This document shows, one piece after another, positions 1 to 12,600 of a stretch of 64,000 bases of DNA. The translations under genes were made by a program, and so were the position numbers. Each line of letters opens with the position of its first letter. Positions within the stretch are counted from its first letter, which is position 1. The DNA is taken from positions 33,416-97,415 of the forward strand of contig CBCSLL010000157.1 of NCBI GenBank assembly GCA_965140935.1, in the 5' to 3' direction. The notes under the pieces were generated by a model that saw only the letters and a program-made list of their open reading frames with translations, had not been told where the DNA came from and did not search any database. The DNA comes from Rotaria magnacalcarata (taxonomy: Eukaryota).

Positions 1-118
1 TTCGATGTGCACAAAATACTTACGATCATAAGTTTTGTCTCTTGAGTCTATTCATTGAAGTTTCTATTTACTAACGATCTTTTATATTGTAAATATAAAG
101 AATATTTTCTTTTTTTCA

Positions 119-562
119 GTGGCTTCGAACTCCAAAAGTGCCAAAATACTCATTCTGAATCAACCACATCTTCCCACAAAAGAATTAGAGAATTTGGTGG
201 ATCATTGCTTGAACATTGGCGAACTTCGGAAAACATTGGAAAAATACAATTCATTTTCACGCATCATAGCCTGTACATCTGCACAACTAACTGAATTAGT
301 TCCAATATTATCAAGAACACAGATTGATGCATTGTATATTCTTAATATAGGAGATGAAATGAAATGTTTGGGTGAACCATGGTGGAACCGAACAACAGTC
401 GTGTACACCGAAAGACAACTGATGCGGCATTTGTGCATGAAGAGTATGCTTTGTTGTTACAATGAAGGCCTTGAACACAGAAAACAAGGCGATTTCGGTC
501 TGGCTAACATAAGCTTTCTTGATTCTATTCGTGCATTGGATTATTCTGCTAAATTTATGTAA
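119..562 (+). CDS. Exon fragment (window-truncated gene) encoding the C-terminal half of the N-terminal non-repeat domain of a lineage-expanded family; paralog of 60837-61646
   Basis: The ORF is preceded by a polypyrimidine tract and AG at ~117-118 (tttttttcag|tggc). Its translation (RIIACTSAQLTELVPILSRTQIDALYILNIGDE) aligns with RIFFITSGSKGRMIVPSLIKNFPGTFVKDYWIYIFCAN of the 60837 ORF. Assignment to the family is from memory only. Stop at 560-562. Confidence 0.35.
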   Translation: MASNSKSAKILILNQPHLPTKELENLVDHCLNIGELRKTLEKYNSFSRIIACTSAQLTELVPILSRTQIDALYILNIGDEMKCLGEPWWNRTTVVYTERQLMRHLCMKSMLCCYNEGLEHRKQGDFGLANISFLDSIRALDYSAKFM

Positions 563-1398
563 TTTTATTTCTTGTACGACATAACGAGACTGTACAAAAC
601 ATTTATCAAAAACATATACGTATTGTAATATACCATGCTGATACGCATGTATGAAAATCTGTTGTTTTAGACTGCAAAAGCGTAGCTTGTCAAATGAATT
701 GTATTCATCATTTGGAAATGTGCAAAAACTACTTTTCAAGCAGAGTTTTACCAGGCATATAAGATAAATATTCAAAATCTTGTATTTGTAGAAAACGTTT
801 GTAAAATTGTGCAGAGTCTAAAAGTCATTCTATTGAAAATTCATAGGAAATTTTAAAAAGTAGTCTATCTCGTAATTCAAAATACATATTGATTTTCGAA
901 AGATCATTATATTTTCCTCTTTATTATGGTGTATTCTGTTGATTATCAAAGCTACTTTCTTAAACATGGCAAAATACATTTATTTTTAGTACTGTTACAT
1001 ACCAATGTTAGTTTATTCATTAAATATTATAAACACTATCGGTTAGCGGGAGTCAAAAAGCTGAAGTCTAGGGAACTTGGCATGCTGTTATCGGAACAAA
1101 AGCATGAATATTAAATATAGCTAAAAGAATAAATAGAACAGTTGTATATAACTTCGATCGCTACAAATAACAGTGCTCATTATTGAGAGAAAAGTTTGCA
1201 CGATTTTAAAAGAAAAACCATTAGAATACGATATGAATGACAGGATCTTGTGCATGAAAATATTAGAATAGAACTGTTCAACTTGAATTTCTTCACTTTG
1301 AAATTCATTCGACCAGAACTAGTCAATATGGAACCGAACAATGCTTTTGAAATCGTAACCATTCAAAGCAAGGGAGGAAACTCGACTTCAATGGGTAG

Positions 1399-1423
1399 AT
1401 TATATATATATATATATATATTC
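1399..1423. repeat. (TA)n microsatellite
   Basis: Uninterrupted tatatata run read directly from the sequence. Confidence 0.9.
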
Positions 1424-4400
1424 CTATGCCGACAATATCTGAACACTCTTGCACTGGTAAAACTTTACTAGTAGCCATAGTCTGCTGTATGAGTACAGAG
1501 TTCATCTCAGATAAATCTCATCGTTGTTGTATGCTATCTCAACTGCTATTCAGACTCTTTAACAGCAAACAAGTCAATAGCATTCAAATATAAACATAAA
1601 TAATCCACTTGAAATAAAACGACATATCGCCGAAGTCACCATCAAATAGATTCTCGGTTATGATAGTGTATAAAAATTAAATAAAAGAATATTCGAGTGT
1701 TATTCGAGTATGGTTTAGGTCAAATAATACGAAAGATACTTGAACACCATCACAGTGAACAACGCAAAATGTTTCTGTGACAACATACAACTTAACTCGA
1801 TTACAGCTGTTATTATACTAAATGCAATGGGGAGTGTTTTTAGTTAGAGTTCACCCAACTGAAGTTGAACCAATTCGTGGATATACGTAGATATAGAGCA
1901 TTGTCTTCGCTCACATCTACATTCAGAACATTAGTAGAATCTTGTGAAATGCTTCTTTGGTCTATTTTTACGAATAAATTGATAAAAATCGTTTAGATTC
2001 TTGCTAATGTTTGGTTAAGTCTTTTCTGGCGATAGTATAAAATTCAATTAATATCATTTTTTGATAAGAAACTGATACAAAATAGTCACAAACAGATATT
2101 TTGTAGTAGTTTTGTGCTTCCAAAATTTCTATTGTGATTTTTGTCACATGTGAAATTGAAAAGGAAATATCCTTCTAAACAAAGTTTCTTTTCATTGACT
2201 TTCACTGTTTTTATCTAATATGACCAAAACAGTGTTAATTGTACATGAGCGTTATTTTAATTGTGAAACAGACTGTTCGACGTAGTTTATGTTTTCAATT
2301 TGTAAGATGATGATATTTTTGATAATTGTAAGGCGTTCACAAAGATCTTTATTAATAATTTCAAAATTCTCGAGGGTGTTTTTTTAATCAAAAGATAGTT
2401 AAGACAATCGTTAAATCTTTAGAAAGATTATTTAAATATTCACGACTTGATTATTTAAGAGAGAATGTGTCTTTTTTTTATTGAACCACAGTAGTTGGTA
2501 TCTATATCTACAACTATTTATTATTGCTCGATTAGGAAATTATTTAATTTAAATATATTCAGAGAATTTCAAGGGCAGAACAGTAAGTCTCTGTCGATTG
2601 CCAACTTTTTAGAATTAAATTACAAGCATTTATTTTTTCACTTGTAAATTATTTCATTCAATAATTAGTTCTTGATCATGATTTTATGAATATTACTCTA
2701 GATACTAATTGTATATTCGGTAATCTAATGGGAAAATTTTATAAATCAAATTAATTATCAAAATATATTTACACATTTGTCTCGAATAGTCTCTCTCTGT
2801 ATAATCGTTATTTTTTACGCAATATAGCGATGATATTTTTAGTAATTTTCTTTTACGTTAAGTAAGAAAACATATGTTTGAATAAAAAAAATGGTTGCTT
2901 TCGTCTGATACGGTATCGTTTCGCGAAAGACCTTACAAAAATTGCTTTCACTGAAAGTAATAATAAAATATGTCACGTACTAAAGTGCAGATTATTTTTG
3001 GTTTCAACAACTGATCAACAGTCATTTTTGCAATAGATATGATATGGACGAGACGTCTACATAATAGTTTATGATAAAGTTAAATTGAATTCTTATTATC
3101 AGATATTTTTCATAGTATCACGTTGATAACAAATAATCGAAGTTCTAACCGAAACATAGGCAAGATAAAAGAAACTAAAATGAATGATCTAGATAGTATA
3201 TAAAATAATTTTGCATGCACTTCCCCTATTCTTTATCGCCTTTTTCGTTCCGTCTTACCACATTACAATCATATTCAACGTAAAGAAACTTACGGTATAT
3301 TTGATTGTTTGTGATTCTAGTTCAACCGCATTACATTTATAAATCAGTTGCCAGGTACCTGGCAATTCTATAGCCAGGAAAAAAATACAAGTGTTTTTTT
3401 TCTGCTCTTACCATGTTACATGTTTGGTGATTTTGCTGTTCTTTGACTGTATCAATAATCGTCTGTTACCTCGAATATATGTGTGCAAACTAAATTATTA
3501 ATAACAATATTTAATCGATTACCCTTGTCTCTGTGCTTCCAAGACCATCACAGAGAATAATCATTATTTTAGTAATATACGTATATATTTTTGCTCTAAC
3601 TAAACCAATATCTATATCATGTATTTCTTTTAAAAAACATTTTACTGCAGTTTGTAATTTATCAGCATTTGATTTATGTTTCTAAGTGAAAATATGTGAA
3701 CAATCGATATAACTAGGAACCATGTTGGAATTTTTCAGGGTTGACAAATAGCTTTAATAATCTAGAACAAAATCTCTACCTACATATTGGAATTAATAAA
3801 TTGTGTCGATCAATCATGTTTTGGTGTACAGGGTACATTCCAGGAAAAACATTGACTCTATATAAGCACTTGTAAAGCTATCAAGTAGCTGTCAAATATT
3901 GAATATTAACGGATTCTATTCGATTAAAGTCAGTTAATATCTAGTGAAATGATTATAATGTATTCGTATCAACATTCTTTTACGTAGAGTGTTGAATGCG
4001 AAACTAAGAAGTAAAATTTGATTTGCCGAGTAAAAATTAAAAAGATCATTAGGCCATTGCATTTAGTAGACAAACACTTCAAATCTATCGATACAGATTG
4101 ACAACTATCTCCATTTAGTTCTTAGAAAAATATTTTTGAACGAGACCATAGTAAAACATATTCCTATATCACCTAATTAAATAGATTGATCAATTAAAGA
4201 CAGCGTCATACCATTTCGCTTTCGTTTTATAATACAATTTGCATACTTTATTAAGATATACGTTTGGATAAAATTTGTTTTTTCTCACTACATTAATAGA
4301 GAATATGAAATATTTCGGAAGAAGCTCATCATCTATATAATCTGCATTTGTCCCAACTAAAACAATAATATGTCCGAAAGAAATAGTGAGTAAAGACTTA

Positions 4401-6339
4401 ATCAACTGACCGAAGATTATCAGAAATCTAGTGACAATTATCGGTCAGATGCAGCTAATCTTTTAAAACATGAAATAGAAAACCTTATCGAAGGTTCATA
4501 TTGTGATGTACAACAATCAGGAAATGCGATAGGCGATAATCATTAAAAGAAAACTGATTTCGTTTATTATAATGTACGAAATATCAAAATGTTGTAAATC
4601 TTTGTGCATATTACTATTTTCCTTATCTATATTTTAAGAATCATATTTACTTAATATTCATTGTATCTATTGTTCAACTATGCATTGTAGCTTATCTTCA
4701 TTTTCTATTCATGATCTTTGAAATATTCCAGTAACATTTGAATTCTTCACTCTAAGAAAACTCAAGTAAAGACTTTGCATTTGGTGAATAAAAATCTGTT
4801 AATATTTTCCGCGTGAATTAAACAAGATAAAAGTATGAGTTACCTGTGCAAACGGTTCATAGAAAAGTTGAACTGTATATCTTCATGCTAATACATCAGA
4901 TATCTTCGATAATTTCCACGATTTCAATGAAAAAATTTGAATGCACGTCTATTTATTCATAAGTTAAATTCTTTTCTTTTAATGTTTTTTACATTTATTC
5001 TCGAAACTCGCCGATTTGTAAATATTTTTTTGGCACTATTGTTTCCATCTATGTGCATTATATTTATGCATTTTTCTTCAAATGACTTCACCAATCTATT
5101 AATAAAATAAAATATCAAGATATGAGGCAGTGTCGATTATGGGATTATCTCGATCGAAACTATTGTCTGATATTGAAAGTGAACAGAAAATTAAACTTCA
5201 TAAGTTTTCTCATCATTAAGTAACGAGATATCTTTTAATAATTGATCCTAAACTGTGTCTCTTCAATATCATTTCATTAAAAAAGATTGTACCTAGCGCC
5301 TATTGAGATAATATACGACTGACTATATGATATTATTGAATGGAAAATTCAGTAGTGAACTCATTACGAAACCTTGAAAATTTGGTTTGAATATACTCTG
5401 ATATCAGCTGAAAGTAGAGCACTACGATGTAGTTTCGGTTACATTCCTGATGGGGCCAAAATTGGGATGCATAAATTTTCAATAGTAATCCCGATAGATG
5501 TTCTAGTCAAGAACGTTTCTATATATGTTCATATTTAGCTTTATATTTAAAGTGAGCACCTACACAAAGCATTCTTTTTTTTATCTATGATTCTGTCGGA
5601 TCGAAGTATTGATCTATAACGGTATTTTTTTCGATGCCAGGAATATCTTGCAGATCCTCAATAGTAATTTCAAAAAATAGGCATTCCTCTGTAGATCGTG
5701 ACTTTTAACATCGTCAAGGTTAACTTTAAACAAATCATAAGTGAAGATCGCTCATCTAGATGTTACAACCATGGTAAGAACTTTATGCGCTGAGAAAATC
5801 TTGCTAGTCAAAGGGATAGAGCTAGGAAACGTTCTAAATAGAAGAAAATAATAGTTTTCTATTTCCATAATTTTTCTTTCGAAATATCATATTCAAAAGA
5901 CTGTGAAAGACTGTGGGCTTTCTTTCCGCAACTGACTTCTAAATCGAAAAACAGCTTTCGTGAAACTTGAACTACTGACAGTTCTGGCACAAGCTGCACA
6001 TGAAACGCTAACTTTATTAAATAGTAAAATACAAAATAAAATCATCCAAAATATAATCTTTAATGTTATTTTTGATGTGTAATTAGTTGAATGCATCGCA
6101 ACCAAGCCTTTTTGATTTATACATTATTGAATACGATAAAAGCATTATCAACTAAATCAAGTATATTAGTGATTGTGCTATTTTAACAGGAAAAAATGAT
6201 TTATGATCGTACATAAAGCAAGAGCCATATGTAAAATGGAATGTTTGGACAATACGAGTTCAAGCATAAATAAATTGCATCTTGGTGGAAAATGTCAAAA
6301 AGGAAAACGCCGAAAATGTAATTCAATATATTCGACATT

Positions 6340-6430
6340 TTCTCTTTCACATTCTCTTGAATATTTTTATTTTCTGTGTTTCGACGTTTTCCTCTTCGAT
6401 ATTTTCCTTTTCGATGTTTTCCACCAACCC
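6340..6430. repeat. Three tandem ~13-bp units (ttcgaYRttttcc), member of a dispersed cgaaaa-type repeat also at 14585-14800
   Basis: Units ttcgacgttttcc / ttcgatattttcc / ttcgatgttttcc read directly. Inverted-orientation relatives at 14590-14650 (atatcgaaaggggaaaatgtcgaaaat) and 14755-14795. Confidence 0.6.
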
Positions 6431-6526
6431 CATACAATCGATAACATTCTATTGAGCATCTAGAAATTTTCATTATTAGAAAATGAATAAGGCGAAAAAT
6501 AAAAATTGAGCTCGAATCGAGTAGAA

Positions 6527-6770
6527 ATGTGCGGTGCGCGTTAACTGAACACCGTTTGACACCGACAATGGCGCCCAGTCCACACCGATAGGTTCAGTAC
6601 CACTGATGACGTGAGGCACACTGACTTCAATAAAACACATTTCTATTTACTTTGTTAAGTCAGCGGGCCTCGTGTCACCAGTGACGCTGAGCCTATCGGT
6701 GTGACTGAAAGTCATTGTCGGTGACAAAAGAGACGTTTTTTCAGCGTTGTCACTGACGTCGCACATTTGT
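6527..6770. repeat. GC-rich imperfect palindrome (hairpin-forming inverted repeat, MITE-like)
   Basis: Left arm ttgacaccgacaatggcgcccagtccacaccgataggttcagtaccactgatgacgtgaggc. Reverse complement of the right arm is ttgtcaccgacaatgactttcagtcacaccgataggctcagcgtcactggtgacacgaggc (~80% identity over ~70 bp), with a ~45-bp AT-rich loop. It is the only GC-rich island in a gene-free AT-rich stretch. Confidence 0.6.
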
Positions 6771-7877
6771 AAGCTCGAATAGTTTCCTTTTTTGTTTTCG
6801 CTTTTATTTTGTAATTGTTTATGACTTAGACTTCGAGCATGTTGGTCTATCAGACTGAAAGAATCCGTGATATTTAAGGCGTTCTCGATTATTAGCGAGA
6901 ATTTTTATTCGATAGGAGTATATCCTACATAATTGAGTTAAACTACACATTCTTCAATTTTAGAATTGAATTTGATACTGAAACGACTTAATAAAAAGAA
7001 GTCTTTCAATTTATACTTAATTGTGACACTTAAATATATTAATATTCTATATTCAATATTATATACTATACGCCAACATGTTGTTCTCTTCCTTATTCAT
7101 TATTAAATGTGATCTGCTGTAGTATAAATATGAAAAATAGTAAAATTTCTGATTAACCTATTTCAATATTGTGATAGATTCTTTACTGTGCTATTGTTTC
7201 TCTTTAAGTAAAATGACTGTAAGAACAGACTTCAAAAGTTAGCATGATATTGAATGAGCAGCATACTTTAATTTATTTGATTGTAATTTATTTAGATCTT
7301 TCTAATTCGATGGGTTAGATTTTTAAGTTAAAAACAAATCTTCGTTAATCAATGTATTTTTATCATCAAGCAGATTTCCTTTATAATAAAATGATTTATT
7401 CATACTTAGAAATTACTAGTAATGACAAGCTTTGAAATAATATGTCATGTGAAAGCACAGAGAAATATTCAACAAGACAATTTTTTAAAACTATACTTTC
7501 CATTCAGAATTAATTTTAGTATTTATTCATTCCACATTATGCATTTCAAGGTGATGGAGAAAAAGAACACTTTGGATCTTTTTATTTGAAGTTTTTTAGA
7601 GTGGTGCCTTTCTTGATATTCATTAATTTGTTGATGAAAAGTAATAAAGAAAATGAAAAGCAATAACGAGAATATTTTAATATGCTATGGCAACGATATT
7701 AAGCTGTGCCTCATATAAGATTGTGCATTAGCGTCATCTGTATACCGATCGTTTATTTTCCCAATCGAAAAGAGAGAACAACATAGTGAAAAACAAAACG
7801 GTTGAGAAAGTATTTACTACTAATTTACCCTTTGATGTAAACCATTAACAACTAGCAAACTTCTAGCAAACATCAAC

Positions 7878-8835
7878 ATGATAAATCATGGACCTTTCTC
7901 AAGGTTATTAAGAGCAGTATGGCAAAAGCTAATCCATTTGAATTTGTATCATGAAACACATCACTCGAATACGACAACAATGTCTGATCCAAGAATATTT
8001 CGTATGCAACTCTGGTCGACTAGACTTTTTCTTGTCACCATGTTCGTCATTATTGTAATACTAGTTAGTATTTCGGCCACAAAAAAAACATTTGGCAACT
8101 ATCACAGTTGAACACCCAACAGAACAAATCTATAACTCTCTTTATATGCAATACGAAGACCGAGTGCAGTGTCCGTGTTCTCGTATCGATACACCGTTAG
8201 GAGACTACGTGAATGTGACAATTACATTTCATCAATTATGTTCAAGTTATTTTGTATCTCAATCATGGATTGATCATTCTTATCACGTTAATGTATCATT
8301 CATTTGGCCGATGAATGCTAGAACGATCATTAGTGCACATGCACAGCTATTTAGATCTATGTGTAATTTGAGTCAGTCAATAATAGATGATGCTCTTTTA
8401 GGATTATCGTCGACTTTTCTCATCAATACAGAAATTGTTTCATTATACTTCTTAGCTACTGAAGCTAATACACGTGTTGATCAGCCTCTTATAACAATCG
8501 CAAGTTTTTTATCGCTACAATTAGTCACAATAAGACGTGTAAATAATGACAACCAACTTATATCTGACTTAGGAACTAATTCAATCGCAACGTTGCCAAC
8601 TATCGGCATGGCTGCCTATTATATGTTGATCGTAAGCAGTCCGGTATATTATCGCGCCTCGTCACTCAACGCAGATTGTGCTTGTTCAACACAACAGATG
8701 TGTAGTCTACCTATTGCGATCTATCCAAACGAACTAACTGTAAATGAGTCAATAAGAACTAATGGATTCATTAATCATTTTATTGTTGGATCGAACTCAT
8801 CGGTTCTAGTGCCGGGTTTAATATATTTCAAATAA
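7878..8835 (+). pseudogene. Membrane-anchored protein with a CPCS motif; two ORFs separated by a 1-nt frameshift in an A8 homopolymer (8081-8088)
   Basis: ORF 7878-8111 ends in a TM segment (RLFLVTMFVIIVILVSISATKK). ORF 8092-8835 begins ATITVEHPTEQIYNSLYMQYEDRVQCPCSRI. Removing one A from the A8 run joins them in frame (…SATKKHLATITVEHPT…). Confidence 0.4.
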
Positions 8836-11489
8836 TTAAACATGATAAATACTAAAAGTTTATGTATAGTGTGCAGAAAAAAGCTGCTCGAGATGAAATA
8901 GTATAGTAAGATGTACAGTAATGTTAAATATTTTATGAGTCAAAGTTGATCAAAATAGAGTGACCAATGATGTTAATGATGGATCAGCTTGGTTACCATA
9001 TACATCTATAGTAAGTATGTTATTGAATTCAATAAATATCAAATAAGAAGACTAAATTCGAATTGGATATTAAGAAATTTGATGTCTTCATCGAATTATT
9101 CATATTTTTATAGACTAGTGACAGCACATAAAAGTTTAATTTAATATGGGTTTTTTGAAGCAGAAACTAAACTTTTTTCATTGGTGATTGGTCTACTCGG
9201 AGAATTGGATACTGAAAAATCGACGGAAATGAGTAAAATTTGTAGGTATAGATTTCAAAGGTGATAATATATACAAATACGTAAGCGCACTTTACATTTT
9301 CTGATAACTAGAAAAATCGATGGAAAGAATTATCCATATTTATATTTTCACCATAAGTGTACTTCAAACAACACGTAGCTCGGTCATGTTTTGTCATATT
9401 TTTTAGCACAGTGATGCAATATACTGTACTTTGTCATATTTGCACTGCATACAGATTGATATGTGTAACAAGTCTCTGCAACATGGTCCGTATTTCTAAG
9501 CCAGATACTATATCAGACGACAGTTCATTTCCAAGTCATCAGTGAACTATCAATCGTCCTACCCAGATGAAGATACTAGATGTAAGATCTAAAACGACTC
9601 TGAATTTGATCTACCATGACTTTCTAAAATCAGAAGGACGAACCGTCGTCTCAAAAATCTTACGTTAAGTAGTATTTATAGATTCTTGAAAGCTCTTCTT
9701 ACACTATAATATTTAAGTATACGATTGAATCAAATCTTACGTAATAGCAAAATCTTTCAAGAACCTTATAGTACGAGCTGATGTAAGATTGCTGAGAGTA
9801 TGATTGTTTTCTAAGATGTTATGTCAGATTTCTCTATCTCGGTGCTATACCATTCGAAGTGATTAAAAGTAATAAATGCAAAATAATTAATCAATCTTTT
9901 TTTGTTGTTGAAATTAAAAGCTATTCCTTAAATATAATGAAATTTGAGGGCTTAAGAATGCATAAATAATACACTGAGAAATGTGATTGTATGCAAAACT
10001 AGATTATTTTCAATCGATATCATTCGTTTATTCAGTCTCGTCTTACTTGCTACACGAGAAACCAACAATATATAGAGACTGCTTCTACAAAGTATATAGG
10101 CAAGTTCAAATTGGCGAACGCTTAGTTTTCAATAAGTATCTGTTTCAATAACGATTAATTCGTGTTAAACTTTGACAATAGATTAGATAGAATGACTGAG
10201 AATTTTTCTCGTTAGACATACTTATGAGTTCAGCAAAATGACATCAAAATACTTCAGAAAGTTTCTCGATATACTACGTAGGCAACGTTACAATTAACTG
10301 AAAGTTGAGGCTGTAAAACAAGAGAATCAGAGTATCCACCAATTCAGTTAAATCGATGGCTCGTATCTGATCCTCTCTTACTTTACATTAACATTGTTCA
10401 TTGTCGTCCATATTTCATTTGATACTCGTTCATCTCTTTTAGAAATACTGCTATTTGACAGAGGGGAAAGTGTCGTCCAAGCAGTGCTACCGTAGCTAAG
10501 GAAATAACTCTACGTAAAAGAAATTCGAATATTTTTTAAATATTTTAATTACTATTTGTTAGACTTGATTTAATTGTCATATTGGTTAGTAGTCATATTT
10601 GTCATAATCAAAAAATAGCGAAAGAAAGATGTTGTAAACTAGTTAAACTTTTCTACTCAAGTGTGTAATAATTTCTTCGTTTTTTTCATTGTAAATTCTA
10701 TTCAGATGACAGTTCAGATCAAACAAAATAAAAATATTCCAAAACTATAACATAGAATATAAGTTTTGTATCATTTATATTACTTACAAATTTCGCTTAT
10801 ATCATTTCTGTCTCCTATCTGAAAAAATATCCTCTATAGCGATGTTTCAATTTTTTATCATTGGTTTATATAAGACTATAAGTAGAAACCTGAGTTTTCA
10901 TGTCATAAAAAGAAATTGATACATACTCAAGTTCTATTCAATTAGTATTTGATTTTATCTTTGAAAGGTGGTATGATTCTAATTGAAGAATAGCGGTGTT
11001 GGTCAATTCAAATAGACATCATTTTTATAGAGATCATTATTTTTACAAATTCTTTGTACATCGGATAGCTTTTATTGTTATCAATGTTTGGACCATGATA
11101 ATTTTTCGATAAGAACGGTGCCCTTTGTTATTAAGTGAGATAATAAAACGTAGAGTTTATCTATGACAAGAATTTTATTTATTGCTGAAAGAAAATTTTT
11201 CTCGTATTTCACTTCCTTTTTTTACCATCAACTTTATATGATTCGATAGTATTTGATTTAGACATAAGTAAGGATAATAACCATTATATTCAAATATTTT
11301 TTTTGTCAATTACATAACTTGTTGTAGTGCATAGTTAGCTATAAAAATATTTAAAACAGAAAGGAAAATTATTCGGACAGCTAATATTGAATGATAAATA
11401 AAAAATGATCGCTTGATAATTATTTATATTCTAGTTTTTTCATGTAATTTTAAATCGGTTTTTCGACAAGTTGTTTTATTTATTTTCAG

Positions 11490-12503
11490 ATGACTACATA
11501 TCCCATAATAGAGAACTTTACTTTATCTATTTCAAATATTTCAACTGAAATCTATCCTCTAATTAATTCAATTCGACCTGATTGGAATTCATCGAATACT
11601 CGTTTAGTAACTTTTACCGAGGGTTTAACAAATGTAATCGTAGGTCTTTTTGATAATAGAAATCCTGACGATGAATCTAAAACGTTGATTATTAAAATTT
11701 ATGGTGCTCAGACAGAATCGTTTATTGACCGAGAATCTGAAATCAATGCTATGAAAATATTATCCGAACAAGGTGTTTTCTCCCAACGTATTCTTATTCA
11801 ATTTAATAATGGAATCATATATGAATATGCATCAGGGCAAACATGTTCAAGAGAAAATGTAAGAAAAGAGAATATTGTACGTTTGATTGCGCTTAAACTT
11901 GCCCAAATGCATAATGTACCAGTTCAAAGAGCCGAAAAACCTTATATTATTATATCATTACGTCGATTTATTCAATTGCTTGATGGAAGTTCATTTGATT
12001 TATCTTCAATTCGATCAGATATTGATGCAATAGAAGAACGAATTCTTCCTAGTCTTATTCCAAATGCTGAATTAGGCAAAGATCTTGTATTATGTCACAA
12101 TGATTTACTTGTTAAAAATATAATTTATAACGAAAAAACGACAACAGTATCATTTATTGATTTTGAATATGCGCATTTTAATTATTCTTTATTTGATATT
12201 GCAAATCATTTTATTGAGTATGCTGGTGTTGATAATGCAGATTTTACTATATATCCAGGTCGAGAAGAACAAAAAAAATGGTTAGAAATCTATTTTCAAG
12301 CTCGTGGAATGAGTCAACAAATAATTGATGACGATCTATGTCATCTTGTTGACCAATTTTCGGCTTTAGCGCAGTTAATGTGGGGACTTTGGGGATTAGT
12401 TCAAGCTCGTATATCACAATTGAACTTTGATTATATAAATTATGCAAAAATGAGGCTAGACTGTTATGAAAATTTACGGTCAAAGCTTTTTGAAAAAGAA
12501 TAA
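11490..12503 (+). CDS. Choline/ethanolamine kinase (single coding exon, 337 aa)
   Basis: N-terminus IRPDW…FTEGLTNVIVG; Brenner phosphotransferase motif LVLCHNDLLVKNIIY; choline-kinase motif SFIDFEYAHFNY. ATG is preceded by ttttattttcag. Stop TAA at 12501-12503. Confidence 0.8.
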   Translation: MTTYPIIENFTLSISNISTEIYPLINSIRPDWNSSNTRLVTFTEGLTNVIVGLFDNRNPDDESKTLIIKIYGAQTESFIDRESEINAMKILSEQGVFSQRILIQFNNGIIYEYASGQTCSRENVRKENIVRLIALKLAQMHNVPVQRAEKPYIIISLRRFIQLLDGSSFDLSSIRSDIDAIEERILPSLIPNAELGKDLVLCHNDLLVKNIIYNEKTTTVSFIDFEYAHFNYSLFDIANHFIEYAGVDNADFTIYPGREEQKKWLEIYFQARGMSQQIIDDDLCHLVDQFSALAQLMWGLWGLVQARISQLNFDYINYAKMRLDCYENLRSKLFEKE

Positions 12504-12600
12504 AATTTTACTACTATTAGATTTGATGTTGTTTAAATAAAATACAATAAGAAATATTTAAAAATTTGTAGATAATAATCTGAAAGAGAATAAACAGTAT

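Noticed and set aside
202-775. Minus-strand ORFs 202-438 and 311-775 from the supplied track
   Set aside because: They overlap, on the opposite strand, the plus-strand exon at 119-562 that has a recognisable homologue. Their composition and stop distribution look like antisense readthrough of AT-rich DNA.
4190-4405. 71-aa minus-strand ORF
   Set aside because: Low-complexity, Lys/Tyr/Phe-rich, with no splice signals and no homology recognisable by eye; typical chance ORF in ~25% GC sequence.
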